Positions 1 to 9,248 of a stretch of 64,000 nucleotides of DNA are shown one piece after another. The DNA is from a virus. Its lineage: Duplodnaviria; Caudoviricetes. The translations under genes were made by a program, and so were the position numbers. The stretch covers positions 1-64,000 of the IMG/VR virus record IMGVR_UViG_3300028832_000127; one strand, written 5' to 3'. Under the pieces are notes generated by a model. The model made no database searches. It was given only the letters and a program-made list of their open reading frames with translations, and had not been told where the DNA came from. Within the stretch, counting starts at the first letter, position 1. Each line of letters begins with the position of its first letter.

Positions 1-127
1 AACACTGATTTTAAACAAGTTGAAAAATATTTTGTAAAAACCTACAAAAATATTTTTGATTTTATGAAACATTTTTAATAATTTTGCGTTTAAATAAGTA
101 CAAACAACAAACAAAGTAACTAACTTT
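1..127 (+). repeat. Repeated promoter cassette, copy A (cut by the window edge)
   Basis: Identical to 55311-55437; TTTG (55-58), 20 nt spacer, TAATTTTG (79-86); contains TTTATGAAACATTT. Confidence 0.95.
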
Positions 128-141
128 AAAACGCAAAGAAA

Positions 142-411
142 ATGAAAAACATAAACGACACATTAATCGGTATGGCAGCCGCCAACGTTGCCAAACTTGA
201 AGGCACACTTGACGGCTGCAAAAAAGCACTTGCCAACTGCGAATTTTGCTATAACGACTTGACCGCAACGCAAAAACGCAACAAATATGGCAAGTTTTTA
301 AAATCGCAAATCGACCGCCTGAAAGACAAAATTTTTAGGCGTGAAGAGCCCGCGCTGTATGCTGCAAACGAACAAGCTCTCCGTGAATTTATCGAAAATA
401 CACACATCTAA
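142..411 (+). CDS. Hypothetical protein, first gene after promoter copy A
   Basis: 89 aa ORF with A-rich leader directly after the repeat. Confidence 0.75.
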   Translation: MKNINDTLIGMAAANVAKLEGTLDGCKKALANCEFCYNDLTATQKRNKYGKFLKSQIDRLKDKIFRREEPALYAANEQALREFIENTHI

Positions 412-423
412 TACTATACGACT

Positions 424-615
424 ATGAAAACTTACTTTGGACTATCTAAGGCGGACGCTATCGCCAACCTGCAACTCTCTGTCAGGATTTACGGCGCAGA
501 GTACACGCGGGAGATACAGCGCCGCCACCCCGACCGCGAGCGCGCAATCAGGCTGCGCAATCTCTACAAACACGCCGAGAAGTCGCTTGCTTGGCTTATG
601 ACACAACCTGAATAA
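424..615 (+). CDS. Hypothetical protein
   Basis: 63 aa ORF in a tight operon. Confidence 0.7.
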   Translation: MKTYFGLSKADAIANLQLSVRIYGAEYTREIQRRHPDRERAIRLRNLYKHAEKSLAWLMTQPE

Positions 616-627
616 AAGGAGGCTATT

Positions 628-807
628 ATGTTTAAAATTAAAGATTGGGCGCGTATTGCCGCCCTGCAATTCGACAAACTTTATAAAGTTGACAAGACCG
701 CCGACTTAGTAAAGTTTTGCCACGAATTTTACGACGCAAACCACATAACAGGTTGCACCGTCCCCGAGTTTGAGTGCGCTTGTTATGCTGAGTACGCAAA
801 AATTTAG
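628..807 (+). CDS. Hypothetical protein (59 aa, not in the ORF track)
   Basis: MFKIKDWARIAALQF...YAKI*; preceded by AAAGGAGG; followed by hairpin 820-849. Confidence 0.65.
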   Translation: MFKIKDWARIAALQFDKLYKVDKTADLVKFCHEFYDANHITGCTVPEFECACYAEYAKI

Positions 808-975
808 TAAATCACCGACGGCTGCGCCCTGCATCACCACGGCGCAGCCTTATCAAAAAATTTTTTTCACAAAGGCTACATTAAGCAAAATTAACATAAA
901 TATTTTGATTAATGTAATACATATTCAAAATATTTTATATATCTTTGCACCGTAAAAAAAACAAAGGAGGCTACT

Positions 976-1179
976 ATGGACGACTACACAAAACGACTGA
1001 ATGATTTTGTCTATCACGGTAACGGACAGTTCGTTGACCCTGAGCGGGTGTCCGCCGTTGAAATCCTCGGATTAGACAAGGCGGAGGAGTTGTACGCTAA
1101 GTACGACGGCAAACTGCCCACAAGATTGATAAACGACTTGCGCACATACGCCGTCGCATCTTATTTGTGTGGCAAATAA
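976..1179 (+). CDS. Hypothetical protein
   Basis: 67 aa ORF; own -7 box TATCTTTG upstream and AAAGGAGG leader. Confidence 0.7.
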   Translation: MDDYTKRLNDFVYHGNGQFVDPERVSAVEILGLDKAEELYAKYDGKLPTRLINDLRTYAVASYLCGK

Positions 1180-1282
1180 ATTATCCACAAATACACCAAA
1201 ATTTAGAACAGGGCGCAATAAAAACACGGCAAAAATACCTATTGCGCCCGAAAAATAATCCACAAAAACACGTAAAAACAGA

Positions 1283-2479
1283 ATGACACCCATACGCACC
1301 GACATAGCACCCGCCCTGACTTCCAAGTACACGCTCCGCCCCTACCAACAGGCGGCGGTGGACGCTGCCGTGGCGTTCTTCCGTGCAAAGACCGCCGACG
1401 GCATCAACGCCATAGAGGTGCTGCCGACCGGAGCGGGCAAGAGCCTTGTCATCGCCAACATCGCCCTTGCACTTGGCGAGCCTGTGCTGATATTTCAGCC
1501 GTCGAAAGAAATATTGGAGCAGAACTACAAGAAAATCTGTTCCTATGGCTTTGTACAATGCGCGATTTATTCAGCATCGTTCAACAGCCGCCGTATTTCC
1601 ACCGTAACATTCTGCACGATAGGCAGCGTTATCCGCCACTTGAAAGAGTTGCGTGGCATAAAATACTGCATCATAGACGAGTGCCACGGTGTCAATGCAA
1701 AGGGCGGAATGTATGAGGAAATGATACACACCCTCGGAGTCAAGGTGTTGGGACTGACCGCCACACCGTACCGCCTGACAAGCACAAGCGACGGCGCAAT
1801 TATAAAATTCCTGACGAGGACAAGACCGTGCATCTTTAACCGTGTTATCCACGTTACGCAGGTGCGCGAACTTCTAAACGCAGGTTTCCTTGCCAAACTC
1901 GACTATTGGGCGTTGGAGTGTGGCTTCAACCTCAACAATGTCAAGTTGAACAGCACGGGCTGCGACTATGACGAGGACAGCCTGAAAGCGGAATATAAGC
2001 GGTCGCGCTTTGAGGACAGCATCGAGATGTGGGTGCGCCGATTGTTGGCGAAACGTTCCCGCATCCTTGTCTTCACAAAGTTTGTAGATGAGGCTCGGAT
2101 GCTCGCCGAGCGCGTTCCAAACACGGCTTATGTGTGCGGAGAAACGCCGAAAGATGAGCGCGACCGCATCCTCAACGACTTTAAGGCGGGCAAAATTCAT
2201 TGTTTAGCCAACGCAGCCACGCTGGTTTGTGGCTTCGACTACCCCGAACTTGACGTGGTTTTACTTGCCAAGCCCACACGTTCCTTGGCTATGTACTATC
2301 AAATGGTCGGTCGTGCCATCCGTCCCTGCCCTGACAAGTGGGGGTGGATAGTGGACTTGTGCGGCACGTACAAACGGTTTGGCAAGGTAGAGGATTTAGA
2401 ACTCCGCTGCGAGGGTCGCTACAAATGGGCGGTATGGAACGCCGCCACTAACAGACAATTAACAAATATTACATTCTAA
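1283..2479 (+). CDS. Superfamily 2 (DEAH-box) DNA helicase
   Basis: Motif I LPTGAGKS, motif II IIDECH, motif III LTATP, motif VI QMVGRAIR. Confidence 0.93.
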   Translation: MTPIRTDIAPALTSKYTLRPYQQAAVDAAVAFFRAKTADGINAIEVLPTGAGKSLVIANIALALGEPVLIFQPSKEILEQNYKKICSYGFVQCAIYSASFNSRRISTVTFCTIGSVIRHLKELRGIKYCIIDECHGVNAKGGMYEEMIHTLGVKVLGLTATPYRLTSTSDGAIIKFLTRTRPCIFNRVIHVTQVRELLNAGFLAKLDYWALECGFNLNNVKLNSTGCDYDEDSLKAEYKRSRFEDSIEMWVRRLLAKRSRILVFTKFVDEARMLAERVPNTAYVCGETPKDERDRILNDFKAGKIHCLANAATLVCGFDYPELDVVLLAKPTRSLAMYYQMVGRAIRPCPDKWGWIVDLCGTYKRFGKVEDLELRCEGRYKWAVWNAATNRQLTNITF

Positions 2480-2484
2480 TCAAT

Positions 2485-2676
2485 ATGAAACAATCAGACG
2501 ACATTATCACCACACAACTCACGATGGGCGACTTGCAACGGCTCTGCAAGTACATAAGGGAAGGCTTCTGTATGACAGGCGCAAACCAAGGCGGGGCGTG
2601 TATGCAGTCCAAATGCCCGATAATAAACAAAAGAGAGGTAAAACCATACGCTAAAAAGCCAAAGGAACTAAAATGA
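2485..2676 (+). CDS. Small Cys-containing hypothetical protein
   Basis: 63 aa ORF coupled to its neighbours. Confidence 0.55.
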   Translation: MKQSDDIITTQLTMGDLQRLCKYIREGFCMTGANQGGACMQSKCPIINKREVKPYAKKPKELK

Positions 2677-3278
2677 AACTGACAGAAAAACAGACGGCGT
2701 GGCTTATCCGCCACTTCAAACACACCAAAAACGACGAGATATGCGCCAAGTTGAACATTTCCTCCTCTTACCTCCACCGCCTCGCAAGGCTGCACGGTCT
2801 GACCAAGACACGGCAGTTTATGCGGAAGATGCAACTTGCTGCGTCACGGGCGGGCGTGATTGCCATCGCCAATGAGGACGATGAGGCAAAGGAGCGCAGA
2901 CGGCAACAAGCAAACAAGAACCGCAACCCCGAGCGCAGTTTCCGCAAGGGTGTTTACGCCCTCGCCAACAAGACACCCGAGGAGTTGGCAGCAATCCACG
3001 CTAAACAGGCGGCAAAGTGGAAAGCAACGCGCCGTGCCGACGAAATCCGCCTGAATTGGGGCTACGAGCAGCAGACCAAGTTTCGGTTCAGGCGGCTGCA
3101 AGACCCCGACCAAAACACGGAAGCCTGCAAGTTGCGTTCTTATATGCGGCGTATAGGCTACAAAATAGAGGGGCGGAGCGGTATGGTGGCGTATATCACC
3201 CCCGACACAAAGCGCAGCGAAAGGTGCGAAAATAAGGCGATAAAATTAGGTTTTAGGGTGCGCCTGATGTCTGCATAA
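2673..3278 (+). CDS. Basic protein with N-terminal HTH-like segment
   Basis: NDEICAKLNISSSYLHRLARLHGL resembles a helix-turn-helix; very Arg/Lys rich. Confidence 0.65.
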   Translation: MKLTEKQTAWLIRHFKHTKNDEICAKLNISSSYLHRLARLHGLTKTRQFMRKMQLAASRAGVIAIANEDDEAKERRRQQANKNRNPERSFRKGVYALANKTPEELAAIHAKQAAKWKATRRADEIRLNWGYEQQTKFRFRRLQDPDQNTEACKLRSYMRRIGYKIEGRSGMVAYITPDTKRSERCENKAIKLGFRVRLMSA

Positions 3279-3520
3279 TTCTTTGATTTTCGACACGTAA
3301 AGCGGTCTTTACTTTTTGGATTAATCCACTTTACATTTTAGATGTTAGAATGTTGAAAAACAGCATTTTAGCAAAGAACAAAAATGTATTGTAAACATTT
3401 ACATTTTATCAAGTTGGTTTTACTTGTATTTTTGAGAGAGTTTTTTTTAACTTTATATTGCTTTTTATATGAATGTTTCAGGGGTGCAAGATTTTCTTTT
3501 TAGGGTGCATTTTGGGGCAA

Positions 3521-3795
3521 TTTAGGCATTTATAAAAGATTGTTGATTATTACATCAATACAGACAAAAACACCCCTAAAATCGAAAATCTTAAAATATT
3601 ATTATATATATGTAAGTCAGAAACAAAGAAAATACAAAATATTTTCAAAATTTTTATCTTTATAAAACACTGATTTTAAACAAGTTGAAAAATATTTTGT
3701 AAAAATCTACAAAAATATTTTTGATTTTATGAAACATTTTTAATAATTTTGCGTTTAACAAAGTACAAACAACAAACAAAGTAACTAACTTTAAA
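3521..3795 (+). repeat. Repeated promoter cassette, copy B
   Basis: Near-identical to 14369-14645 and 55182-55442. Confidence 0.95.
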
Positions 3796-3807
3796 AAGCA
3801 TAAGAAA

Positions 3808-4221
3808 ATGATAACAGCACGACAGATAAACATTAAAAGCGACAATGGCGCAATCAGCATTAATGCAAAACTTGTATCCGATGCAGACTATTACACGCAG
3901 GAGTTTGGCAAGGCATACAAGGGTAGCCATTGGGAGATAAAATTAAGCGACCCAAAATGTCTAATTTCTTGCAGTTCTGCGGCGTATGATGCAATACACC
4001 ACACTTCAAAGGCTGCAATAATCACGATGGCACACGAAAGCAACCAATTCAAAGATGCACTCAAAAATATTGATGTGCAAAAGTATGTTGCATTCTATTA
4101 CAAAGAATGGGCGAAACGCAACGAAGAGCGAGAGGCTGCAATCTACGGACAAGCGTATGTTGACTATGTTAAAGAGTTCGACAGACAGATGTTTGCAGAG
4201 CGCAAATCGGCAAAAAAGTAA
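3808..4221 (+). CDS. Hypothetical protein after promoter copy B
   Basis: 137 aa ORF followed by hairpin 4226-4243. Confidence 0.75.
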   Translation: MITARQINIKSDNGAISINAKLVSDADYYTQEFGKAYKGSHWEIKLSDPKCLISCSSAAYDAIHHTSKAAIITMAHESNQFKDALKNIDVQKYVAFYYKEWAKRNEEREAAIYGQAYVDYVKEFDRQMFAERKSAKK

Positions 4222-4314
4222 CCACGGGCGGCTGCGGTCGCCCTAAAAACGCAATACGACGGCGGCAAATGTGCGCTGCAACGGCAAATATTAAACGTTT
4301 TAAAGCAATAGACT

Positions 4315-4509
4315 ATGGGAGAGTATAACGGTGTATTTACAACGCTTATGTTGTATTTATTGATGGTTTGCGACTTTGACGGTCAACTTGCCGCCGAGGT
4401 CTTTGCAGACGCGGCAGAAAATCTTAATTTATACGGCAAACGCCTGACGAAAGAGGACGGCTACGCCGTGGTGAAATATGTTGAAAACATCATAAAAGAA
4501 AATTGCTAA
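4315..4509 (+). CDS. Hypothetical protein
   Basis: 64 aa ORF in operon. Confidence 0.6.
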   Translation: MGEYNGVFTTLMLYLLMVCDFDGQLAAEVFADAAENLNLYGKRLTKEDGYAVVKYVENIIKENC

Positions 4510-4510
4510 A

Positions 4511-4786
4511 ATGAAAACAAACAAAGAAATGGACTATAAAACAATGTTATCAAAGGCTTGCGATTATAGCGCACGCGCCGATTACTGGGCGACAAGAGCC
4601 GTCCAAGAAGTCGTAAGGCAAAAGGGATTTTCCGACGAGCAAATACAACTTTTTTGCGGTCAGTTTGCTACTGGCGATGAGGTTCTTGTTATATACAACG
4701 ATGTCGACGATGGGCGCGAGATGCTCATTGAAACGATGGCTGGTATGACAAAATCCGAAATTATGTCTTATTTTTTTATTTCGTAA
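4511..4786 (+). CDS. Hypothetical protein
   Basis: 91 aa ORF in operon. Confidence 0.7.
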   Translation: MKTNKEMDYKTMLSKACDYSARADYWATRAVQEVVRQKGFSDEQIQLFCGQFATGDEVLVIYNDVDDGREMLIETMAGMTKSEIMSYFFIS

Positions 4787-4789
4787 ATT

Positions 4790-5335
4790 ATGACCATCAT
4801 ATATTCCAATATGGGCGACGTTGACTGCTCGCTGCTGCCGCTGATGTGGCGCGGGCTGTCAAACGCCCGAACAATCGAAATCACCCCGCGCTCCGTGGAC
4901 TGGGAGAGCCAAGTACACGCCGCCCTTGCCGCCGAGACCGGCACCCTCATACTGACGGGACACGGCACACAATACAGCTTGCTGTTCCCCGACATACAAA
5001 AGGGCGACTACATAATCCACGAAAACAACATGGACGACATTATGGCGCGTAACGTCTTTTGCTGCTGGTGCAATGCGTCCGAGTTTTGCGCCGAGCATCA
5101 CCTGTCCGCCGTGGCTACGTCTATGTTTATTTCCAACGTGGACGAGGCGTATAACTGCGGCTATTGCGAGTACGACCAATCCGACATCAACGCCGTATGC
5201 ACCGCCTTCTACAACGAAATAAACGGCTTGCTGTCCCGCCGTGTTCCGCTGCCGCAGTGGGTTCAATCCTTGCAGCGGCACTTCGCCAACGGCATTGATG
5301 TTTTCAATCGGCGCGGCGTGATGGACTTTACTTAA
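4790..5335 (+). CDS. Hypothetical protein, possible His/Cys (caspase/gingipain-like) hydrolase
   Basis: LILTGHG followed about 35 aa later by VFCCWCNA. Confidence 0.45.
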   Translation: MTIIYSNMGDVDCSLLPLMWRGLSNARTIEITPRSVDWESQVHAALAAETGTLILTGHGTQYSLLFPDIQKGDYIIHENNMDDIMARNVFCCWCNASEFCAEHHLSAVATSMFISNVDEAYNCGYCEYDQSDINAVCTAFYNEINGLLSRRVPLPQWVQSLQRHFANGIDVFNRRGVMDFT

Positions 5336-5357
5336 TCCGTGGAACTCGACACAATCT

Positions 5358-5522
5358 CTATCGGGTCGTCTTTGAGCCTACGGACAGCCGACCCGTGGGT
5401 AGCCACATTTCGACGCGTACAAAATCCACGTCTTTGATGCAGGAAAAATAAGTGATTGCGTCGATGTCAATGGCGGCGAAACGCTTGCCGCCCTCGTTCC
5501 TTAAAAATAGTTTGTTCTTCAT
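5358..5522 (-). CDS. Small hypothetical protein after terL (54 aa, not in track)
   Basis: MKNKLFLRNEGG...KTTR* starting 12 nt after the terL stop. Confidence 0.45.
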   Translation of the reverse strand: MKNKLFLRNEGGKRFAAIDIDAITYFSCIKDVDFVRVEMWLPTGRLSVGSKTTR

Positions 5523-5534
5523 ATTGTATTTGTT

Positions 5535-7658
5535 TTAGAATATTCCTAATGCCCCGCCATCGTACCTGACGGGTTTTGTGATTTGACCCAAAATTTGCCC
5601 CAAGACATAATAGCGTGACGCATCTAAACAATTGTGAACGAGTACGCCGTTTGCAAAAAATTCGTGCCGTTCCTCTACCTCAATATCGTACACCTGACGC
5701 ATCGCGTAGGCTCTGTATTCTATCGCGGTGAGCGTATAACTGAATATGCCGCGTGATTTGCCGCTCTCGAACACGAAAACAACGTCCCCGACCTTCAATT
5801 TCTCCAATTCCACCCACCCGCGCAAAGTGCGCACCTTGTGGTCGGGCGTGGCTGTCAACTCCACATAAGAGCCGCCAAAGATGAGGCGCACCGTGACAGC
5901 CTTTTTAGTTCCTTGGTTGAAAAACCGCGTTATCCTGCGGTAGCCGCCGACGGTCAGCACCTTGTCGGAAAGTTTGAGACGGTCAAAACGCACCGCCCCC
6001 CTCTTGGTGATTACCAGCGTCTCGCCAACAAAGCAGTGGTTATCCCTGTCCACGGGCTTGTTGATGTAGTTTCCGTTCTTATCCCTGTCCCACACGTAAT
6101 TTCTTAGTTCGTTTTGTAAGTTCAGGCTGTTCCGCGTTACAAACATCTCCATATCCTTCATTTTCTCGATGCCCGCAAGGATAGAGCCGCCGCCTTTGAT
6201 AACGGGGTAAATCAATATTCCCGCGTTGAAAATCTCCTGTATCAGTCGGGGGTCTGCGCTGTCTGCAATTACGGTCGTGCCTTTATAGGGTTTGAGAGCC
6301 GCCACGATGTCAGAAACGAGCATTTTTGTCTGATAGCAAATCTCCTCAATATACAGCCTGTTATCGACGATTCCGCACCGTACAATGGCGGTGAAATCTG
6401 CGGCATACCCAAAGTCCACACCGAGTGCAATCTTCTTTGCGTAATCGGGGAACTCATCAACCACACCCCAGTTCTTGAACACTGCGCCCTCGGCAACGTC
6501 CGCCCACTGACCCATAACCGTGTGCGCGTACTTTTCGGGGTTCTCCGCCTTGATGCGCTCCGTTTCCTTTATGAAGTCCTCGCTCAAATTCTTGATGTTG
6601 TCGAGGTAGGTGGTGTGTATGTGCAGCACGTTAGGATGTGTGGAGATTTGGACGGGAACGCCGTCAAAGTCCACCACCTTGTGCGTGTCCTTGATGAAAC
6701 GCCGATAGACGAAGTGGTTGCTGTCCGTCGGGTTCATAATGATAATGATGCGGTTCTTGATGCCCTTTTGACGAATTGACAGCATAATCTTGTCAAATTC
6801 CGCTTCACTCGTCCACTCCTCCGCCTCATCAACCACAAAGGTCGTAATGCCGTGTATTGACTTCAATTTAGCGGTTTGGTTGCCGCTTGACGTGTGGATG
6901 CCTCGGAACATTATCTTGGCACCCGTCAGGATGTTGCGCACGTCCCCCCTCGACGATGAAAAATACTTAGACACGCCGTCAAGTTCTATCTTCTCCATCA
7001 TTTCGGGAATGACGGACATATTGGCGGATACCATTGTGTATCGGGTGTAAAGGATTGTGTGGGTTATCTTCTCGTCGGGGTTGTCGGGTTTGGGGAACGC
7101 CTCAAACGTCAGACGCTCGATGAACGCGCCCGTGGCGAAGGACTTGCCGCTGTTGTGCGTCACCGTGCCGTCGGCGTGGAGGTAGCGTTGGTTGCCGTCG
7201 AGGGATATTCCGCACCATACGTCCTTGCCGTGGGGGGTGATTGTAAGGTCTGAATAGACGCGGCGTATGCCGTCGGCTGTCCTTTCCACCCTGAAACCCT
7301 TGAAATTTCGCCAAGCATAGCGGTTTTTTATGAAGTCGATGATGTTAACGTCGTCAACGTATTTCCCGTCCGAAACGGTCAGAATGTGGCTCGCGTTGAC
7401 AAGGTAGTCCTCGCCGTCCGACTGCTGGACGCGGTACATCATACCCCTGCCCTGCATCGTGCCGATTACGGTGCGCGGCGTGAAGTCGTCGCCCATCACC
7501 TGTTCGCCCACGTGGATGTCCTTAATCATCTTTACGGAATTGTCCGCCATAATGATTTTCTGTGTCGGTGTCTCGCAGCCACGCCCGCCCGTGACAAGTA
7601 TTATCATCTTGTCCTTTTCCAAGTACATCGGATTATATACGTCCGCAAGTTGTATCAT
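5535..7658 (-). CDS. terL: Terminase large subunit (PBSX-like) interrupted by two inteins
   Basis: After removing inteins: Walker A GGRG|SGKS, Walker B FVVDEAEE, nuclease GVDFG and DNH|CLDASRY; predicted spliced length 430 aa. Confidence 0.95.
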   Translation of the reverse strand: MIQLADVYNPMYLEKDKMIILVTGGRGCETPTQKIIMADNSVKMIKDIHVGEQVMGDDFTPRTVIGTMQGRGMMYRVQQSDGEDYLVNASHILTVSDGKYVDDVNIIDFIKNRYAWRNFKGFRVERTADGIRRVYSDLTITPHGKDVWCGISLDGNQRYLHADGTVTHNSGKSFATGAFIERLTFEAFPKPDNPDEKITHTILYTRYTMVSANMSVIPEMMEKIELDGVSKYFSSSRGDVRNILTGAKIMFRGIHTSSGNQTAKLKSIHGITTFVVDEAEEWTSEAEFDKIMLSIRQKGIKNRIIIIMNPTDSNHFVYRRFIKDTHKVVDFDGVPVQISTHPNVLHIHTTYLDNIKNLSEDFIKETERIKAENPEKYAHTVMGQWADVAEGAVFKNWGVVDEFPDYAKKIALGVDFGYAADFTAIVRCGIVDNRLYIEEICYQTKMLVSDIVAALKPYKGTTVIADSADPRLIQEIFNAGILIYPVIKGGGSILAGIEKMKDMEMFVTRNSLNLQNELRNYVWDRDKNGNYINKPVDRDNHCFVGETLVITKRGAVRFDRLKLSDKVLTVGGYRRITRFFNQGTKKAVTVRLIFGGSYVELTATPDHKVRTLRGWVELEKLKVGDVVFVFESGKSRGIFSYTLTAIEYRAYAMRQVYDIEVEERHEFFANGVLVHNCLDASRYYVLGQILGQITKPVRYDGGALGIF
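5631..6035 (-). mobile_element. Mini-intein 2 (135 aa) in the TerL nuclease domain
   Basis: Starts CFVGET, block B TPDHKV, block F VYDIEV, ends VHN, +1 residue Cys. Confidence 0.95.
7152..7577 (-). mobile_element. Mini-intein 1 (142 aa) in the TerL Walker A loop
   Basis: Starts C (CETPTQKIIMAD), block B NASHIL, ends THN, +1 residue Ser; no endonuclease motif seen. Confidence 0.92.
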
Positions 7659-7661
7659 CTT

Positions 7662-8396
7662 CTATCCGTTTATGTTAGTTGCCGCCGCCTCTTGTATGTC
7701 GTCGGGGGCGGCTGTGTTGTTGGCTACGATTGCAAGTTTCTGCGTCGCCGTGAGTTCCTTGTCCGTGACCATTGCAGTCACCCAAGCCTCGATGTCGATG
7801 CCTTTCTTCGCTTCCTGTATCTCCTTAGTGTCAGACACGCCCGCCTCCGTCTTGACCCACTCGGGGTCGTGGTGGTGCAGCCAAGTAGCCAACGCCTGCA
7901 TGTTCGGCGGCATTTCCGCCTCCGTCTCCTGAATTATGCACTTGTCCGTCACAACCTTGCCGATGCCGCCGCAGTAAGGGCAGTGGGGGTCTTGACCGCC
8001 ACACTCGCACCTGTCCTCTATGTACCGCCGCGTCACGTTAGTTAATTTTTTTGCGCCAAGTGCCATTTTCAGATACGTGGAACGCACAAGGCTGTTGGTC
8101 TTGCGCCTTGCCACCTCCAAGGTGGTGCGTATCCGTGCGCTGACCCGCTCGCGCTTTTCCTCGTCCCATTTGTCGTACTTGCCGTTCTTCATTCGGCTGA
8201 ACACCTCGGGCGCGAGTTGGAGTTCGTCGGCTATCTCGTTGTCGTAATAGCCTGAACGCGCCAACGCTGCCAAGGCGATGTAGAAGTCGTCCGATTCGTA
8301 GTCGTGTTTCGGGTATCGACCCACGCCGTCCTTTACGCCCCTTTCCTTTACCTTGGCTTTGTCTTTAACTTTGACTTTGCCCTTGCTGTTTGCCAT
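7662..8396 (-). CDS. terS: Probable terminase small subunit
   Basis: Directly upstream of terL; HTH (DNEIADELQLAPEVFSR) and PPNMQALATWL segment typical of phage TerS; CxC...CPYC insert. Confidence 0.75.
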   Translation of the reverse strand: MANSKGKVKVKDKAKVKERGVKDGVGRYPKHDYESDDFYIALAALARSGYYDNEIADELQLAPEVFSRMKNGKYDKWDEEKRERVSARIRTTLEVARRKTNSLVRSTYLKMALGAKKLTNVTRRYIEDRCECGGQDPHCPYCGGIGKVVTDKCIIQETEAEMPPNMQALATWLHHHDPEWVKTEAGVSDTKEIQEAKKGIDIEAWVTAMVTDKELTATQKLAIVANNTAAPDDIQEAAATNING

Positions 8397-8421
8397 TGCC
8401 TTGTGTTTTTAGGTTGTTGTG

Positions 8422-9177
8422 CTATCGGCTCTCCAATAACTCTATGACCTTGCCGCCGTCGCATACGTCCACCTCGCCCTCCTCGCCTATCAGGGAGCAG
8501 AAGTATTCCTTTGCCTCCAAGTCCTGAAAACTGAGGATTACCTGCGCACGGGCGGTCGCGTCGTACCTTTCGGAGTTCTCGCGGTTGAGAGCCTTGCCCT
8601 CCAAGACCTTTGCCTTCTTCTCATCATCGGTGAGGTTCTCCGTGCCTTTGACGGGAACGGTGGCGGACGGCAGGAAGTTGAAGAACTCCTCGACTTCTTT
8701 GGATGCGCCGCCCTCTTTTGTCGGCACGTTGAACACGTCGTCGTCGGTGATGTTGAACATTTCCAACGCCTTAATTTGTGCGTCGGTCAGTCCGATGTCC
8801 TTGGTGTCGATGTCGCCGATGTACTTTGCTATCAAGTCGAGGTCGGCGGCTGTGTTCCCGACCGCCATATACGTCATTTGCTCCTTCTCCGCCTTTTCGG
8901 AGAGTTCGCAGACCTCAACCTTTACATCGTAGTCCGTCTCGGGCGTTCCGTCATACCTGTTCAGTTGGTCGAGGGCGAGAAGTCGGCGGTGTCCGTCCAA
9001 GAGGTTGTTTGTGGTGGAGTTTACCACGATGCCGCCAAGTATGCCCACTTTCCTGATGTTTCGCGCCTGAGTGTTGATTGCGTCCTCCAAGTGCCGCTTG
9101 GGGTTCAGGGCGTTGAGGTTGATTTGCGAGCGTTTGACGGTCTTAGTCACGCTCTGTTTTATGTTGGTTGCTGCCAT
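8422..9177 (-). CDS. ParB/Srx-like domain protein
   Basis: NPKRH...GIVVN...LLDGHRRL; start moved to MAATNIKQ. Confidence 0.85.
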   Translation of the reverse strand: MAATNIKQSVTKTVKRSQINLNALNPKRHLEDAINTQARNIRKVGILGGIVVNSTTNNLLDGHRRLLALDQLNRYDGTPETDYDVKVEVCELSEKAEKEQMTYMAVGNTAADLDLIAKYIGDIDTKDIGLTDAQIKALEMFNITDDDVFNVPTKEGGASKEVEEFFNFLPSATVPVKGTENLTDDEKKAKVLEGKALNRENSERYDATARAQVILSFQDLEAKEYFCSLIGEEGEVDVCDGGKVIELLESR

Positions 9178-9248
9178 TGGTCGGAAAATGTTGAAACTAT
9201 TTTGATTGTGCAAATATAAATCAAACACAGACGGCTGCAAAGTCGGTG

